Positions 10,159 through 20,412 of a DNA stretch of 64,000 nucleotides are shown in pieces (position 1 is the stretch's first letter; each line of letters opens with the position of its first letter). The notes below the pieces were generated by a model. The model saw nothing but the letters and a program-made list of their open reading frames with translations. It made no database searches and was not told the origin of the DNA. The translations under genes and the position numbers were made by a program. Source of the DNA: a virus (lineage: Duplodnaviria > Caudoviricetes). The stretch lies in IMG/VR virus record IMGVR_UViG_3300035507_000332; one strand, 5' to 3'.

Positions 10159-11132
10159 ACAGAGACTTTAGATTTGCGCTCCTCCTAACCACCTACAAGC
10201 GGTTATGCGAGGGGCAACTTCAGATATTCAAGATGCTCAACCAGAGCTACGAGAATTTCCATTTATTCGTAGCTGTGAAGGGGTGCTCTGAATACGTATT
10301 CAACAAGAGTTGGCTTCCCTACTTTCAAAAGCACATCGACGAAGGGAAGCTAACTCTGCGTCGATTCCCTAACAAAAACCAAATGAGCAATTTGGTCGAT
10401 TGCGTGCGAGGACTAAACTTGCGAGGGTACGACTACTTTTGCAAGATCGACGACGACGATTTCTACGACGTCAACTACCTCAAGCGATGCAACGAAGCAG
10501 CCAACGAGAGCAACGGCAAAAACTTATTTTGGATGGACAGGTCGTGCCGTCTAGTTGTCAACAGGCACGACGATTTTTACCGCTTCAAAAAGAACACCCA
10601 GTGGAATTCTTACTGGGGGCCAACGCTTTGCGCAACAAGGTTTGTATGGCAGGAATACATGAACTTGGAAAATGGAGAGGAAGACTTGCCCACATACATT
10701 GGCAAGAACAACCTACCAGCGATGCCAAGGCATAAAGACTGCGGATTCCACGAAGACAAACTGCTCTACTCAATGATGAGAGCTTTTGGTGGGGTCTACA
10801 ATATTCGCAAGAATGGTATTCCCTACGTAATGTTCAACGAGAGCAATGCGTCAGTTACACGAGGGGGGTTTGTCAACGGTTGGTTCCAGACAGAAAACTT
10901 TGACGTAACTAAGTCCGAGCTAGCCGAAGAACAAATTTTTTATTGCAAGACCCCCGATTTTGAAGACGACGTACGAGTATTTATGGGGTACGCCTGGGGA
11001 GTAGCAAGCGGAGCAACAGGCAAGGTAATTAGTCTCACAGACACCGAGCTAGAAATCGACTGGGATAAATTCCTACCACAAAAATACATCCGACAAGAAG
11101 ACGGTTCTTGGTGGTCTGACGACCCGATTTAA
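10155..11132 (+). CDS. glycosyltransferase family 2, paralog of preceding gene
   Basis: LLTTYKR; KIDDDD; shared VKG.SE, NK.Q.SN..DC.R, GPT.C. Confidence 0.8.
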   Translation: MNRDFRFALLLTTYKRLCEGQLQIFKMLNQSYENFHLFVAVKGCSEYVFNKSWLPYFQKHIDEGKLTLRRFPNKNQMSNLVDCVRGLNLRGYDYFCKIDDDDFYDVNYLKRCNEAANESNGKNLFWMDRSCRLVVNRHDDFYRFKKNTQWNSYWGPTLCATRFVWQEYMNLENGEEDLPTYIGKNNLPAMPRHKDCGFHEDKLLYSMMRAFGGVYNIRKNGIPYVMFNESNASVTRGGFVNGWFQTENFDVTKSELAEEQIFYCKTPDFEDDVRVFMGYAWGVASGATGKVISLTDTELEIDWDKFLPQKYIRQEDGSWWSDDPI

Positions 11133-11153
11133 CAATCCTCGGTGTAAACTAAG

Positions 11154-11369
11154 ATGATGCACCGTAATTACAAGAAAGAGTTCCAGAGCCACATCCGAGG
11201 CCGCCTCACCAAAGACCAACGCAAAACCCTAATGCTCAGCAGAGAAGCAGATGCCGTGACGGCATTTGCCAAATTGTCTATTGCCGAGCAAACACAAGTT
11301 GTTAGAGACTTAAAAGCCAAGGGTTTTGTGGCTCAAGCGGAATTCTTAGAGAAGAGAATCGGTGAGTAG
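11154..11369 (+). CDS. small basic hypothetical protein
   Basis: 71 aa, behind GGTGTAAA motif. Confidence 0.65.
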   Translation: MMHRNYKKEFQSHIRGRLTKDQRKTLMLSREADAVTAFAKLSIAEQTQVVRDLKAKGFVAQAEFLEKRIGE

Positions 11370-11391
11370 CAATCCAACAGGTTAGAGAAAG

Positions 11392-14300
11392 ATGTCGGAG
11401 TTTTCTTCAGTATATTATGTTGTACACCCATCCAAAGGGCTGATTCCGTTTTACGGAGATTTTGCGTCCAAGAAAGATATTCTTGACGCAATTGGTCAAC
11501 TTGGAGGGACGTTTAAGCCACTTGTCGTATCATCGTTGCCTGATGCAGGGGAGGATGGGTTCATTTATTTTGTACCTAATGGGGTAGATGCAGGGGACAA
11601 CCAACATAACGAGTACTTATATTTCAATGGGCGATGGGAGCTTATTGGGTCAACAGGAATCGACCTAACAGGCTTTGCCACTGAAGAAGCTCTGAACACG
11701 CATACGAGCAACTCATCCATTCACGTCACAGCAACCGACAGGAATAGATGGGACTCGAAACAAGACGCAGGGGACTACGCTACAAACACCGATCTAACGA
11801 CAGGGCTTGCTTCAAAGCAGGACGCAGGAGACTACGCCACCAACACGGCACTAACGACTGGGTTAGCTAAGAAGCAAGACGTCGGCGATTACGCCACAAA
11901 TACTGCTCTAAAAGAAGGTCTAGCCACCAAACAAGACGTCGGAGACTACGCCACAAATTCCGATCTCACCAGTGGGCTTGCGACGAAGGTAAACACAGCG
12001 GAATTTTCCACTCACACAAACAACGGAGATATCCACGTTACCCTCGACGACAAGAGCGTATGGAATTCCGCACCAACCAACTTAAAGCTACACACTGGAG
12101 ATTCTGACATCCACGTTACAGCGAAGGACAAAGCAAAGTGGAATGCGAAACAAGACGCAGGTGACTACGCCACCAACACCGCTCTAACCGAAGGATTAGC
12201 CACAAAGCAAGACGTCGGCGATTACGCCACGAATACGGCACTTACCGAAGGACTCGCCACGAAACAAGCTGTAGGAGACTACGCAACGAATACAGCTTTA
12301 ACAGAAGGGCTAGCCACCAAGCAAGACGTTGGCGATTATGCAACCAACGAAGCTTTGGCGACAGGTCTAGCCACGAAGCAAGATGCAGGTGATTACGCCA
12401 CAACCGACGAACTGACTACCCACACAGGCAACACGGTTATTCACGTCACACAAGAAGACCGAGACCGATGGGACGCAGGTTCAAATGAAGGAGTCGAAGC
12501 CTCAATTGCAGAAGTCTCAGCCAACCTAACCACACATACAGGTAATTCCGACATCCATGTCACAGCAGAAGACAAGGAAAAGTGGAATTCTTTGCCCACC
12601 CAGTTAGATGTAACTAACTCTGTTAATGACGCCAAAGCTTCTCTTCAGTCCGACTTGCTCACCCACACAGGGAACGCAGCGATTCACGTCACCACAGAAG
12701 ACAAAGCAATTTGGAACGCCAAGCAAGATGCAGGTGACTACGCCACGAACGACGCATTGACGGCAGGACTGGCTACCAAACAGGATGCAGGGAGCTATGC
12801 TACAACCGATGAATTGGCAAGCCATACAAGCGACACAGAAATCCACGTCACAGCAGAAGACAAAGCCCGATGGGACGCAGGCTCAAACGAAGGCGTAGAA
12901 GCGTCTATAAGCGAGGTCAAGGACTTTCTTGGCACTCACGTAGGCGACACGTCTATTCACGTCACCACGGACGAGAAAGACGCCTGGAACGCCAAGCAGG
13001 GAGCAATCTCAACCGTCAACGTATCCAAGAGCGATGACGCTTCATCAATTGCCGATGGAGCATTGAACGTCAACTTACCTACGGATTGGTTCACTCAAGC
13101 TGAGATCGACACAAGCGACTTCGTCACCTTAAGCGGAGACCAAACTATTACAGGGAACAAATTCCTCAAGGGTGGCGTTGCCGCTTATTCCGCTGTAATG
13201 TTCGTCAATTCCACGAGTTCAGGAGACGAAACGATTGGCAGTATTTATCCAAGCTCAACGTCATACCCATTTGTATTCCTCAAGCCTGCATACTTCAGTG
13301 GCACGCAAAACGTATTCAAGAACAACGTCATTGTCGGTGGGCAAGTAACAGCAGGAGCTGCTTCTATAGGAAACCTTGCCACAACAGGGTACGCCAAAAT
13401 TGGTACAGACTTGACAGTAGATGGCCACGCTACAATCAATGGGTTGGTCACTACCATCAATAGCCAAGACCTCTATCTTGACGGACATATTCACTTGTCA
13501 AGTTCTGGCGGTAAATTTATTGATGGACACTCTCTTTTCCGAGGCAGGGCTGAATTTTCAGGCTCGGTAGATATTGTCTCCGACACCAAGGTAAACGTCG
13601 ATAGTAGCTCTATCCTTACGGTTGCCAAGATGCAAACCGACACGGCGAAATTTACCTCAGATGAAATTTCCAACCAGGTAACCACCAAGAAGTACGTCGA
13701 TAGCAAGATCGACTATGAAGTAAACACTCCTAGGCAATTTGTTATTTCCAGAGCAGAGTCTTGGAGTTCAGTCGCAGGTTGGTATTCTCAAGGAGAAGGC
13801 TTTTTGAGTATTCCTGGAATCGACACAATCGACTGCTCCTTATACTCTTGCTCATCATGGGACGAAGCGTCGTTCTCCTTTACAACTCAGGGGAATTCCT
13901 CAATGTTGAGTTTGACGATTCCTGTGGGTACGAATTCTTCAGGGAGCACGAACAACGGCACGGTAACTTCAGGCAATTATGTAACGCTTGACACCGACCA
14001 GAATATTTCAGGGAACAAATTCTTTGATGGGCATGTTACTTTCCAAGGACCGTTCGTGGTTTTTGATGTAGACGACATTTCTTTCTCAGGGAGCGTATCA
14101 GTTCGAGACCTTGAAGTTAGAGGCTCTTCTAACTTCTACAGCCAAGCGAATTTTTCTGGAGATGTCAATATCCAAAGCACTGGAAGCTTAAAGAATTCTG
14201 GGAGTACATACCTCAATGGTTACAACAAAGTAAACGGTTGGACATACCTTAATAGCTACAACAGCGTAAACGGTTGGACTGACTTTTATTCAGCAGCTTC

Positions 14301-15687
14301 TTTTCATAACGTAGCTCTTTTTGGTAGCGATGGGCATATTCAAGTAGATTCTAGGTGGGTGGGAATTTCCTCTCCTAACGTCGATTTCTACACGGTCAGT
14401 GACGGTCACGCTCAAAAAATTACCCTTGGAAACAACAGTATCCTAACCGTTGCCCAGGTACAGACAGACTCATCTAAGTTCTCTAGCGACGAACTTAGAA
14501 ACCAAGTCGTGCCTAAATGGTACGTCGATCAGTTGATTGACGGACACTTTGATGGGCATACTTCTACATCTGGGCGGTATGTAGATCTAACATCCAACCA
14601 AGAAATTGATGGTTACAAAACATTTAACAACATCACTTACTTCAAGTCCGACATCAGTGTAGATGGGCATATTTGGCTACAAGACATGTTTTGGGCTAAT
14701 AACGATGCTTGGTTCTATAGCAATGTTTATTTTCAAGGCGTCCCAACTTTCTATAGCGATGTAAATCTTACAACTACGTCAAAGCTTACCTCTAATGGTG
14801 TAGCTAAGTTTAATGGAGTTGCTACTTTTAGTTCTTCAGCTTCTTTCAAAGGTGTAACTTCGTTCGCTGATTCCGTCTATTTCAATGGAGGGAGTAGCGG
14901 AGCAAAGACAATGTTCAATACGTCGGTAACCTTTAGCGGAACAAGTCTTTACATCGGAACAGACGAAACGAGCATTGGTGGGAGCGTAAAATTTATCGCT
15001 GGAGATGTTGCGTTTAACAATCAAAGCGTAGGATTCAACACGCCTGTTACGTTCGACAAGCTTCATAGTACGACTTTCAACGGTAGCACTTCTTTCAACA
15101 AAGACGTCTCTTTCAATGGAGATCTTTCCTTTGGTGGTGAAACAACAACCTTTGCGTCGAGCCTAAGTAAGTTTACAGGAAGCCTAGCGAGCTTCCAGAG
15201 CGATGCGCTATTTGCTTCACAGGTAGACATGAACAGCACGGTAAACAACCGAGGCAAGGTGAATGTTTATGGAGGTATGTACATTGGCAGAGAAGAAGAC
15301 TGGAGTGCACTTGACATTGCTCAAGAGCAAAAACCAGAAGTAACTCAATTCCGGCCTTCTTTAAGAAGCGTCAATGGACAACTCATTGAATTCCCAAGGC
15401 TTGGTTGCGCAGATGGGACTCAAGAAAGTTGGTTCGTGGACAACACGACAAGAGTAACTACTGTCTTCCCATGGTGGCCGACTTCTGGTTATGAATCTGA
15501 CAGCTTCTCTGACGAGAATTTGGAATATTCCAACTATCAGAATAACCTTTACCTTTGCAATGCAGGTATGGTCAAGTACCTAGTAAAATCAGCTTTGGAA
15601 CTCATGGGGTACGACGTTTCAGTACTTAAGCCCGAATACTTCACTAAGGCAGTAGACGAATACTACAACAAATACGGAGAATACTAA
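11392..15687 (+). CDS. long tail fibre / receptor-binding protein
   Basis: 1431 aa; KQDAGDYATN.AL..GLA and HT.N..IHVT repeats; DQTITGNKF-type repeats; F-x5 beta-helix-like C-terminal region. Confidence 0.85.
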   Translation: MSEFSSVYYVVHPSKGLIPFYGDFASKKDILDAIGQLGGTFKPLVVSSLPDAGEDGFIYFVPNGVDAGDNQHNEYLYFNGRWELIGSTGIDLTGFATEEALNTHTSNSSIHVTATDRNRWDSKQDAGDYATNTDLTTGLASKQDAGDYATNTALTTGLAKKQDVGDYATNTALKEGLATKQDVGDYATNSDLTSGLATKVNTAEFSTHTNNGDIHVTLDDKSVWNSAPTNLKLHTGDSDIHVTAKDKAKWNAKQDAGDYATNTALTEGLATKQDVGDYATNTALTEGLATKQAVGDYATNTALTEGLATKQDVGDYATNEALATGLATKQDAGDYATTDELTTHTGNTVIHVTQEDRDRWDAGSNEGVEASIAEVSANLTTHTGNSDIHVTAEDKEKWNSLPTQLDVTNSVNDAKASLQSDLLTHTGNAAIHVTTEDKAIWNAKQDAGDYATNDALTAGLATKQDAGSYATTDELASHTSDTEIHVTAEDKARWDAGSNEGVEASISEVKDFLGTHVGDTSIHVTTDEKDAWNAKQGAISTVNVSKSDDASSIADGALNVNLPTDWFTQAEIDTSDFVTLSGDQTITGNKFLKGGVAAYSAVMFVNSTSSGDETIGSIYPSSTSYPFVFLKPAYFSGTQNVFKNNVIVGGQVTAGAASIGNLATTGYAKIGTDLTVDGHATINGLVTTINSQDLYLDGHIHLSSSGGKFIDGHSLFRGRAEFSGSVDIVSDTKVNVDSSSILTVAKMQTDTAKFTSDEISNQVTTKKYVDSKIDYEVNTPRQFVISRAESWSSVAGWYSQGEGFLSIPGIDTIDCSLYSCSSWDEASFSFTTQGNSSMLSLTIPVGTNSSGSTNNGTVTSGNYVTLDTDQNISGNKFFDGHVTFQGPFVVFDVDDISFSGSVSVRDLEVRGSSNFYSQANFSGDVNIQSTGSLKNSGSTYLNGYNKVNGWTYLNSYNSVNGWTDFYSAASFHNVALFGSDGHIQVDSRWVGISSPNVDFYTVSDGHAQKITLGNNSILTVAQVQTDSSKFSSDELRNQVVPKWYVDQLIDGHFDGHTSTSGRYVDLTSNQEIDGYKTFNNITYFKSDISVDGHIWLQDMFWANNDAWFYSNVYFQGVPTFYSDVNLTTTSKLTSNGVAKFNGVATFSSSASFKGVTSFADSVYFNGGSSGAKTMFNTSVTFSGTSLYIGTDETSIGGSVKFIAGDVAFNNQSVGFNTPVTFDKLHSTTFNGSTSFNKDVSFNGDLSFGGETTTFASSLSKFTGSLASFQSDALFASQVDMNSTVNNRGKVNVYGGMYIGREEDWSALDIAQEQKPEVTQFRPSLRSVNGQLIEFPRLGCADGTQESWFVDNTTRVTTVFPWWPTSGYESDSFSDENLEYSNYQNNLYLCNAGMVKYLVKSALELMGYDVSVLKPEYFTKAVDEYYNKYGEY

Positions 15688-15692
15688 GAAAA

Positions 15693-16541
15693 ATGACGCA
15701 GCACCCTACATTTTGTTGGTTTAGTTTTCGCCGAGACGCTAGCCACCTGTTATACAGCGTGGCTAGCATACGGCGGTTATATCCAGAGTCGCAGAAATTT
15801 GTTTTTGACGACGGAAGTTATCCACTACCCAAGCGAGCCAAGAGAGTTTTGACGAACTGGGGAGTCAACGTCATCACGACAACATTTCCCCGAAAAGGGA
15901 ATTTGCGAGGATGGACATGTGCCTACAAGATAGCCGAATGCTACACATGGCTAGCGAACATCACAGGGAGTGAGATCGTCGTCAAGGTAGACTCAGACAC
16001 CATATGGTTAAAGAAAGGGTGGCTAGAGAAATTTGCCGAAAGCGGATGTGTACTAGGCGGAATGCGGAGCAAATGCCGACGAGGAGTATGTGGCGTCTCC
16101 TACGCACTCAAGCGAGAAGGAATCGACCTTCTCATGGAGAGCTACAAAAACGAGCTAGAATCCCCATATTCCACCGAGGAAGACTTTGAAGTATGCAACC
16201 GCATATCCAAAGCCAAAGGAGGGAATGGAGACGACATCATCTACAAAGCACCCTACAGCCTATGGGGGATACATCCAGAATGCCCCGATGCAGTAGGCGT
16301 GGCGGTAGACTGGGGACAAAACTGCGCCCAGTTCATAGCCGACACAATGGAAGTAGTTGTTTTTGCCTACGACCCACCCAACCCACCAGGGTGTAAAACA
16401 GATGAAAAAGGCCAACCAGTAGCAACCAAAGCAGGAACACCGCTTTGGCTACGAGCAAGACTTTTAAGAGCCTCTTCAATGAGAAACATCTTAAAGCGTG
16501 TAATTCAAAATCAGGACAAAAGATGGCAGACGAACGATTAA
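15693..16541 (+). CDS. GT-A fold glycosyltransferase
   Basis: SVASIRRLYP, VFDDG, VVKVDSD (DxD), GVSYA, EED. Confidence 0.65.
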   Translation: MTQHPTFCWFSFRRDASHLLYSVASIRRLYPESQKFVFDDGSYPLPKRAKRVLTNWGVNVITTTFPRKGNLRGWTCAYKIAECYTWLANITGSEIVVKVDSDTIWLKKGWLEKFAESGCVLGGMRSKCRRGVCGVSYALKREGIDLLMESYKNELESPYSTEEDFEVCNRISKAKGGNGDDIIYKAPYSLWGIHPECPDAVGVAVDWGQNCAQFIADTMEVVVFAYDPPNPPGCKTDEKGQPVATKAGTPLWLRARLLRASSMRNILKRVIQNQDKRWQTND

Positions 16542-16942
16542 CACTACGTTTCCACGGAAACGACTGGGATAAATTTGACATGCAGATTAGTTGGGTAGAT
16601 GCGGATGGATTTTCCATGCTAGCAGACACAACAAGCGAAAGCTTGACAGAAGACCAACTCAAGGTAGTAGCGGCGATTGCAGGCCCATTAGTTGCGTTAA
16701 AAGCAGACTGGATGGCCAAGCAAGTCATTGTGACGAAATTCCGAGACAGCCTCAACCTAATTGTCATTGCCGAAAAAGAAAAGAACGGACAAGTGGCGAC
16801 CAAGGTATTTACCGAAAACGACCTCGAAGAACTGCGCATTACCGACGAAGCGTCAATTGCATTGTTCGACGGCATTGTAGCCTCCGTACGTACGGAAGAA
16901 ACGACCGAAGAAACAGCAGACACCGAAGAAGTTTCCGAATAA
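16523..16942 (+). CDS. acidic hypothetical protein (possible fibre chaperone)
   Basis: Start moved to MADERL; last gene before terminator. Confidence 0.65.
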   Translation: MADERLTLRFHGNDWDKFDMQISWVDADGFSMLADTTSESLTEDQLKVVAAIAGPLVALKADWMAKQVIVTKFRDSLNLIVIAEKEKNGQVATKVFTENDLEELRITDEASIALFDGIVASVRTEETTEETADTEEVSE

Positions 16943-16964
16943 CCAACGCCAAAACATCTTACCA

Positions 16965-16994
16965 AGAGAGGGGCGAGCAACCCCTCTCTTTTTT
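16965..16994 (+). terminator. intrinsic terminator
   Basis: AGAGAGGGG-cgagcaa-CCCCTCTCT + T-tract. Confidence 0.85.
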
Positions 16995-17023
16995 GTCCCT
17001 AGGTGTAAGTATATGAGTAGAAT

Positions 17024-17560
17024 ATGAGCATGAGGATAGCACTTGACATTGGACACGCAAATGGGACAGGCGCACGAGGAAACGGACTAGAAGAACATGC
17101 AGTTGCAAAGACAATCGTATGTGCTTTAGCGTCAAAGTTATCCGCAATGGGGCACGACGTAACCGTCATCGACTTCCCCGAAATGAGCAACCGAGACGAC
17201 CTAAACGCCACGGTAAAAGCAGCGAATTCAGGGAACTACAACCTAGGCATCTCAATCCACTGCGACTGTTCAGACAGTTCAGCTGCAAGAGGGGGACACG
17301 TATGCTACTTCCCTTCATCGAAGAAGGGCAAGGCGTTAGCAGAAGCAATAGCAAAGCCACTTTCAACCTTACTACCTGGAAGAGCTAATACGACGGTAGA
17401 GCGAGGAAATTTGGCAGTATTAAAACAAACCAACCCAGTATGGGTATTGTGCGAATGTGGGTTTATTAGCAACGAAGGAGACGCACAAGTAATGAAGGAC
17501 AATCCTGGAGCAATTGCAGAAGCCATTGCGCAAGGGATTAAAGTTTACCTCGAATCATGA
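17024..17560 (+). CDS. N-acetylmuramoyl-L-alanine amidase (Amidase_3 endolysin)
   Basis: ALDIGH, GLEEH, ISIHCD, LAVLK, VLCECGFISN Zn motifs. Confidence 0.93.
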   Translation: MSMRIALDIGHANGTGARGNGLEEHAVAKTIVCALASKLSAMGHDVTVIDFPEMSNRDDLNATVKAANSGNYNLGISIHCDCSDSSAARGGHVCYFPSSKKGKALAEAIAKPLSTLLPGRANTTVERGNLAVLKQTNPVWVLCECGFISNEGDAQVMKDNPGAIAEAIAQGIKVYLES

Positions 17561-17778
17561 ATACTATAGAATTAGAACTCGGTGAAAAAATTCTTCGAGA
17601 ACATAGCTCTGAGCGCACTCGGTGTACTGTTTACACTCGGGTCATGGGCTACCATCGCCCTGTTGAGACGTTTAATAAGGGCAAGCAAGGAGAATTCGAA
17701 GACCGCACACACTTCATTGAGCCTACCCACGACAATGAGCCGAGCAATCTGCATCATCCCAGCGAAGAAAAACTCTGA
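17557..17778 (+). CDS. nrdD: stand-alone C-terminal glycyl-radical domain of class III ribonucleotide reductase
   Basis: RTRCTVYTRVMGYHRPVETFNKGKQGEFEDR (RVxGY radical motif). Confidence 0.85.
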   Translation: MNTIELELGEKILREHSSERTRCTVYTRVMGYHRPVETFNKGKQGEFEDRTHFIEPTHDNEPSNLHHPSEEKL

Positions 17779-18376
17779 GAGACTACCTCAGAAGAATTTC
17801 TTACCTCTAGGGGGCGTTCCATTGTGGATACACACAGTGGAACATGCCCTCAAGGAAGACTTTGAATTTGTAGTCAGTACCGACAGCCAAGAAATCATCG
17901 ACGAATGCAAGAAAAAAGGTTGGCGATACTTTGAAGAAACGGTTGACGACTCAGACATGAGCAACTGCGTACGCCAAGTCCTCACCGAGTACGAAGACTA
18001 CGACTACTACATCATTCTACAGCCGACCTCACCCTTCCGAGAATACGGCATCTTGAAGTACGTCAAGACGGTACTAGATACCAACCCCGAACTAGACATC
18101 GTATACACAGCCCAGAAGGTAAAGCCTATTGGATTGTGCATTCACAGTGGCAAGGAAAAGTTCATCATCAACAAGCGAGAGCAAGATTCCAAGAGTTTCT
18201 TGTTCCAGTACGACGGCAACACCTTGGCAGGGCGAGTAGACGTATTCAAGCGAGAACAGCAAATCTTTTTCAAGGGTATGAAGTCGAAATTCGTCATCGA
18301 CGCCTACCCATTTTCCATCCAAATTGACACCCTAGAAGAGTATTTATTTTTGTCGAAAATCTATTTCACTCTATAG
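17735..18376 (+). CDS. neuA: acylneuraminate/nonulosonate cytidylyltransferase (NeuA-like)
   Basis: IIPAKKNSERLPQKN, VSTDS, LQPTSPFR, IQIDT; start moved to ATG 17735. Confidence 0.88.
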   Translation: MSRAICIIPAKKNSERLPQKNFLPLGGVPLWIHTVEHALKEDFEFVVSTDSQEIIDECKKKGWRYFEETVDDSDMSNCVRQVLTEYEDYDYYIILQPTSPFREYGILKYVKTVLDTNPELDIVYTAQKVKPIGLCIHSGKEKFIINKREQDSKSFLFQYDGNTLAGRVDVFKREQQIFFKGMKSKFVIDAYPFSIQIDTLEEYLFLSKIYFTL

Positions 18377-18910
18377 GTGATGAACATAGCATTGGTGGGA
18401 AACAAGCAAGTAAATCTGCGAAACAACAGCAAGCTCATAGACTCCTGCGACTTAGTTGTACGAGTGAACAAAATGTGCAACTTAGACACAGGTCTAACAG
18501 GCAAGCGCACGGATTGGTTATTCAACGTTATAAACCCCCACTACTGGACATGTTCGTTTGAGCGAAGGCACGGATTTTTGATACCGCAAATTTCCAAGGT
18601 TTGGGTGAATGGGTATTGGTACAAAATGGCAAGCATCAGAGCCAAGCAAGAAATGCAAGCGTGGAACTTTGAATTTATACCAGGCTATGTATTTTCAGAC
18701 TCAGGGAGGTGGACAACCGCCGCCCATTGCTTGAAATTTGTGCATATGTCATTTCCCGAAGCCCATATCTACTTTGCAGGGCAAGCATCACCGACGACCT
18801 GGAGAAGAGAAAGACACGAAGGCACGTGGCACACAGGAAGCGAAATGCCATTTTACCGAAGATTAGAGCGAGAGGGCATCGTAGAATTTCTTGACGGAGA
18901 AGACGTATGA
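18377..18910 (+). CDS. GT29-like (sialyltransferase L-motif) protein 1
   Basis: IALVGN...LIDSCDLVVRVN...TGKRTD; WTTA. Confidence 0.75.
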   Translation: MMNIALVGNKQVNLRNNSKLIDSCDLVVRVNKMCNLDTGLTGKRTDWLFNVINPHYWTCSFERRHGFLIPQISKVWVNGYWYKMASIRAKQEMQAWNFEFIPGYVFSDSGRWTTAAHCLKFVHMSFPEAHIYFAGQASPTTWRRERHEGTWHTGSEMPFYRRLEREGIVEFLDGEDV

Positions 18911-19440
18911 ACATTGCCCTCATAGGCAACAAAACCATCAACTTGCGAAACAATGGGCGACTTATAGATTCTTGCGACTTAGTGGTTAGGGTGAACAAGA
19001 TGTGCAACTTAGACACCCACCTTACAGGCAGGAGGACAGACTGGCTAGTAACCACAATTACCTACAATTTGTGGTGCCACACAAGAGAAGAGAGGCACGC
19101 CGATTTAATACCCACCATTGACAAAGTATTCATCGACGCAAGAGAATACCCCTTCTTGGATATCAAGCACAAAGCAGAGGTAGACACCTGGAACGCAATA
19201 GCATTACCCTTTTCTACCTACGACAGATTTCCGAAATGGACAACCGCCGCAATAGCATTACGACTATTGCACGAAACCTACCCCGAAGCCCACATCTATT
19301 TTGCAGGGCAAGACAGCCACACGACGTGGCTAAAGAACAGAGACCTCATCACCAAACACGAAGACGGACAAGAACTACCCTACTACAAGTACTTGGAAGA
19401 CAAAGGCGTAGTAGAATTCTTGGACGCCGAAATCTTCTAG
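18907..19440 (+). CDS. GT29-like protein 2
   Basis: Tandem paralog, same motifs. Confidence 0.75.
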   Translation: MNIALIGNKTINLRNNGRLIDSCDLVVRVNKMCNLDTHLTGRRTDWLVTTITYNLWCHTREERHADLIPTIDKVFIDAREYPFLDIKHKAEVDTWNAIALPFSTYDRFPKWTTAAIALRLLHETYPEAHIYFAGQDSHTTWLKNRDLITKHEDGQELPYYKYLEDKGVVEFLDAEIF

Positions 19441-19441
19441 C

Positions 19442-19972
19442 ATGAACATTGCGCTCATAGGCAACAAAGAGACAGGCTTAAGAAACAACAGCCGACTGAT
19501 AGACTCATGCGACTTGGTTGTCAGAGTCAACAAGATGTGCAACCTAGACACAGGATTGACAGGAAAGCGCACAGATTGGCTTATAACCACCCTATACAGA
19601 GACTTGTGGACACACAGTAGGGAAAGACGCCACGCCGATCTCATACCCAAATTAGACAGGGTATTTGTAGACATGACTCGGTTTAACGAATTACGCCCAG
19701 AAGAGAGAGCCGAAGTACTTTCCTGGAAACCGCTCGGAATTCCCACCGAGATGAGGAAGAAATGTTTTTGCTGGACAACCTCAGCGTTAGGGCTTTACAT
19801 GTTGTATTCACTCTTCCCACATGCCCACATCTACTTTGCAGGACAAGACGCACCGAACACGTGGTTACAGACAAGAAACGCATCAGCCATGCAAAAAGGC
19901 TACGAATTACCATTTTTCAAGGCACTTGAAGCTCAAGGAGTTGTAGAATTTTTGGATGAAGATCAATTTTGA
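19442..19972 (+). CDS. GT29-like protein 3
   Basis: Tandem paralog, same motifs. Confidence 0.75.
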   Translation: MNIALIGNKETGLRNNSRLIDSCDLVVRVNKMCNLDTGLTGKRTDWLITTLYRDLWTHSRERRHADLIPKLDRVFVDMTRFNELRPEERAEVLSWKPLGIPTEMRKKCFCWTTSALGLYMLYSLFPHAHIYFAGQDAPNTWLQTRNASAMQKGYELPFFKALEAQGVVEFLDEDQF

Positions 19973-19974
19973 TA

Positions 19975-20003
19975 TTGACTAAATTCCATATCACATGTAT
20001 AAT
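19975..20003 (+). promoter_or_regulatory. sigma70 promoter giving a leaderless mRNA
   Basis: TTGACT-17-TATAAT, ATG 7 nt after -10. Confidence 0.85.
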
Positions 20004-20010
20004 CTGGGGC

Positions 20011-20391
20011 ATGGAAAGCATCCAAAAACCAAATAGTATTATCGGCTACATCTCCACCGAAAACGGCAAGGACCTAGTAGAAGCAATCATCAAGCGATTC
20101 CCACGCCAGACAAACTCAAGTACAGTTATCCAAGTGAATGTTGTGCATTCAAGTTTTGGTTTAGCCCTCTTGAGCATCGAAAGTGAGCAATCGTCTGGAC
20201 TGAGCGTCATTGGTTATGCAGTAGTACCAACAGTACGATTAGCATCCACCTTTGATTTAGTCAAGAACACCGCATCTTTGCGATTCTTCTCAACGGTATA
20301 CGACCAAGCAGAATTCTTTGAAGACTTCAACAAAGCAACACGCTTTTATCAAGAAGAAGCTGCAAAGAAGAATTTGCTACTCGACAAGTAA
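20011..20391 (+). CDS. hypothetical protein
   Basis: Start moved to ATG 20011 at the TSS. Confidence 0.75.
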   Translation: MESIQKPNSIIGYISTENGKDLVEAIIKRFPRQTNSSTVIQVNVVHSSFGLALLSIESEQSSGLSVIGYAVVPTVRLASTFDLVKNTASLRFFSTVYDQAEFFEDFNKATRFYQEEAAKKNLLLDK

Positions 20392-20412
20392 CCCATAACC
20401 CTATCCCTTTGT

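Noticed and set aside
17582-17734. Hydrophobic N-terminal extension of the NeuA-like ORF
   Set aside because: Lies wholly within the mini-nrdD frame; family homology starts at ATG 17735
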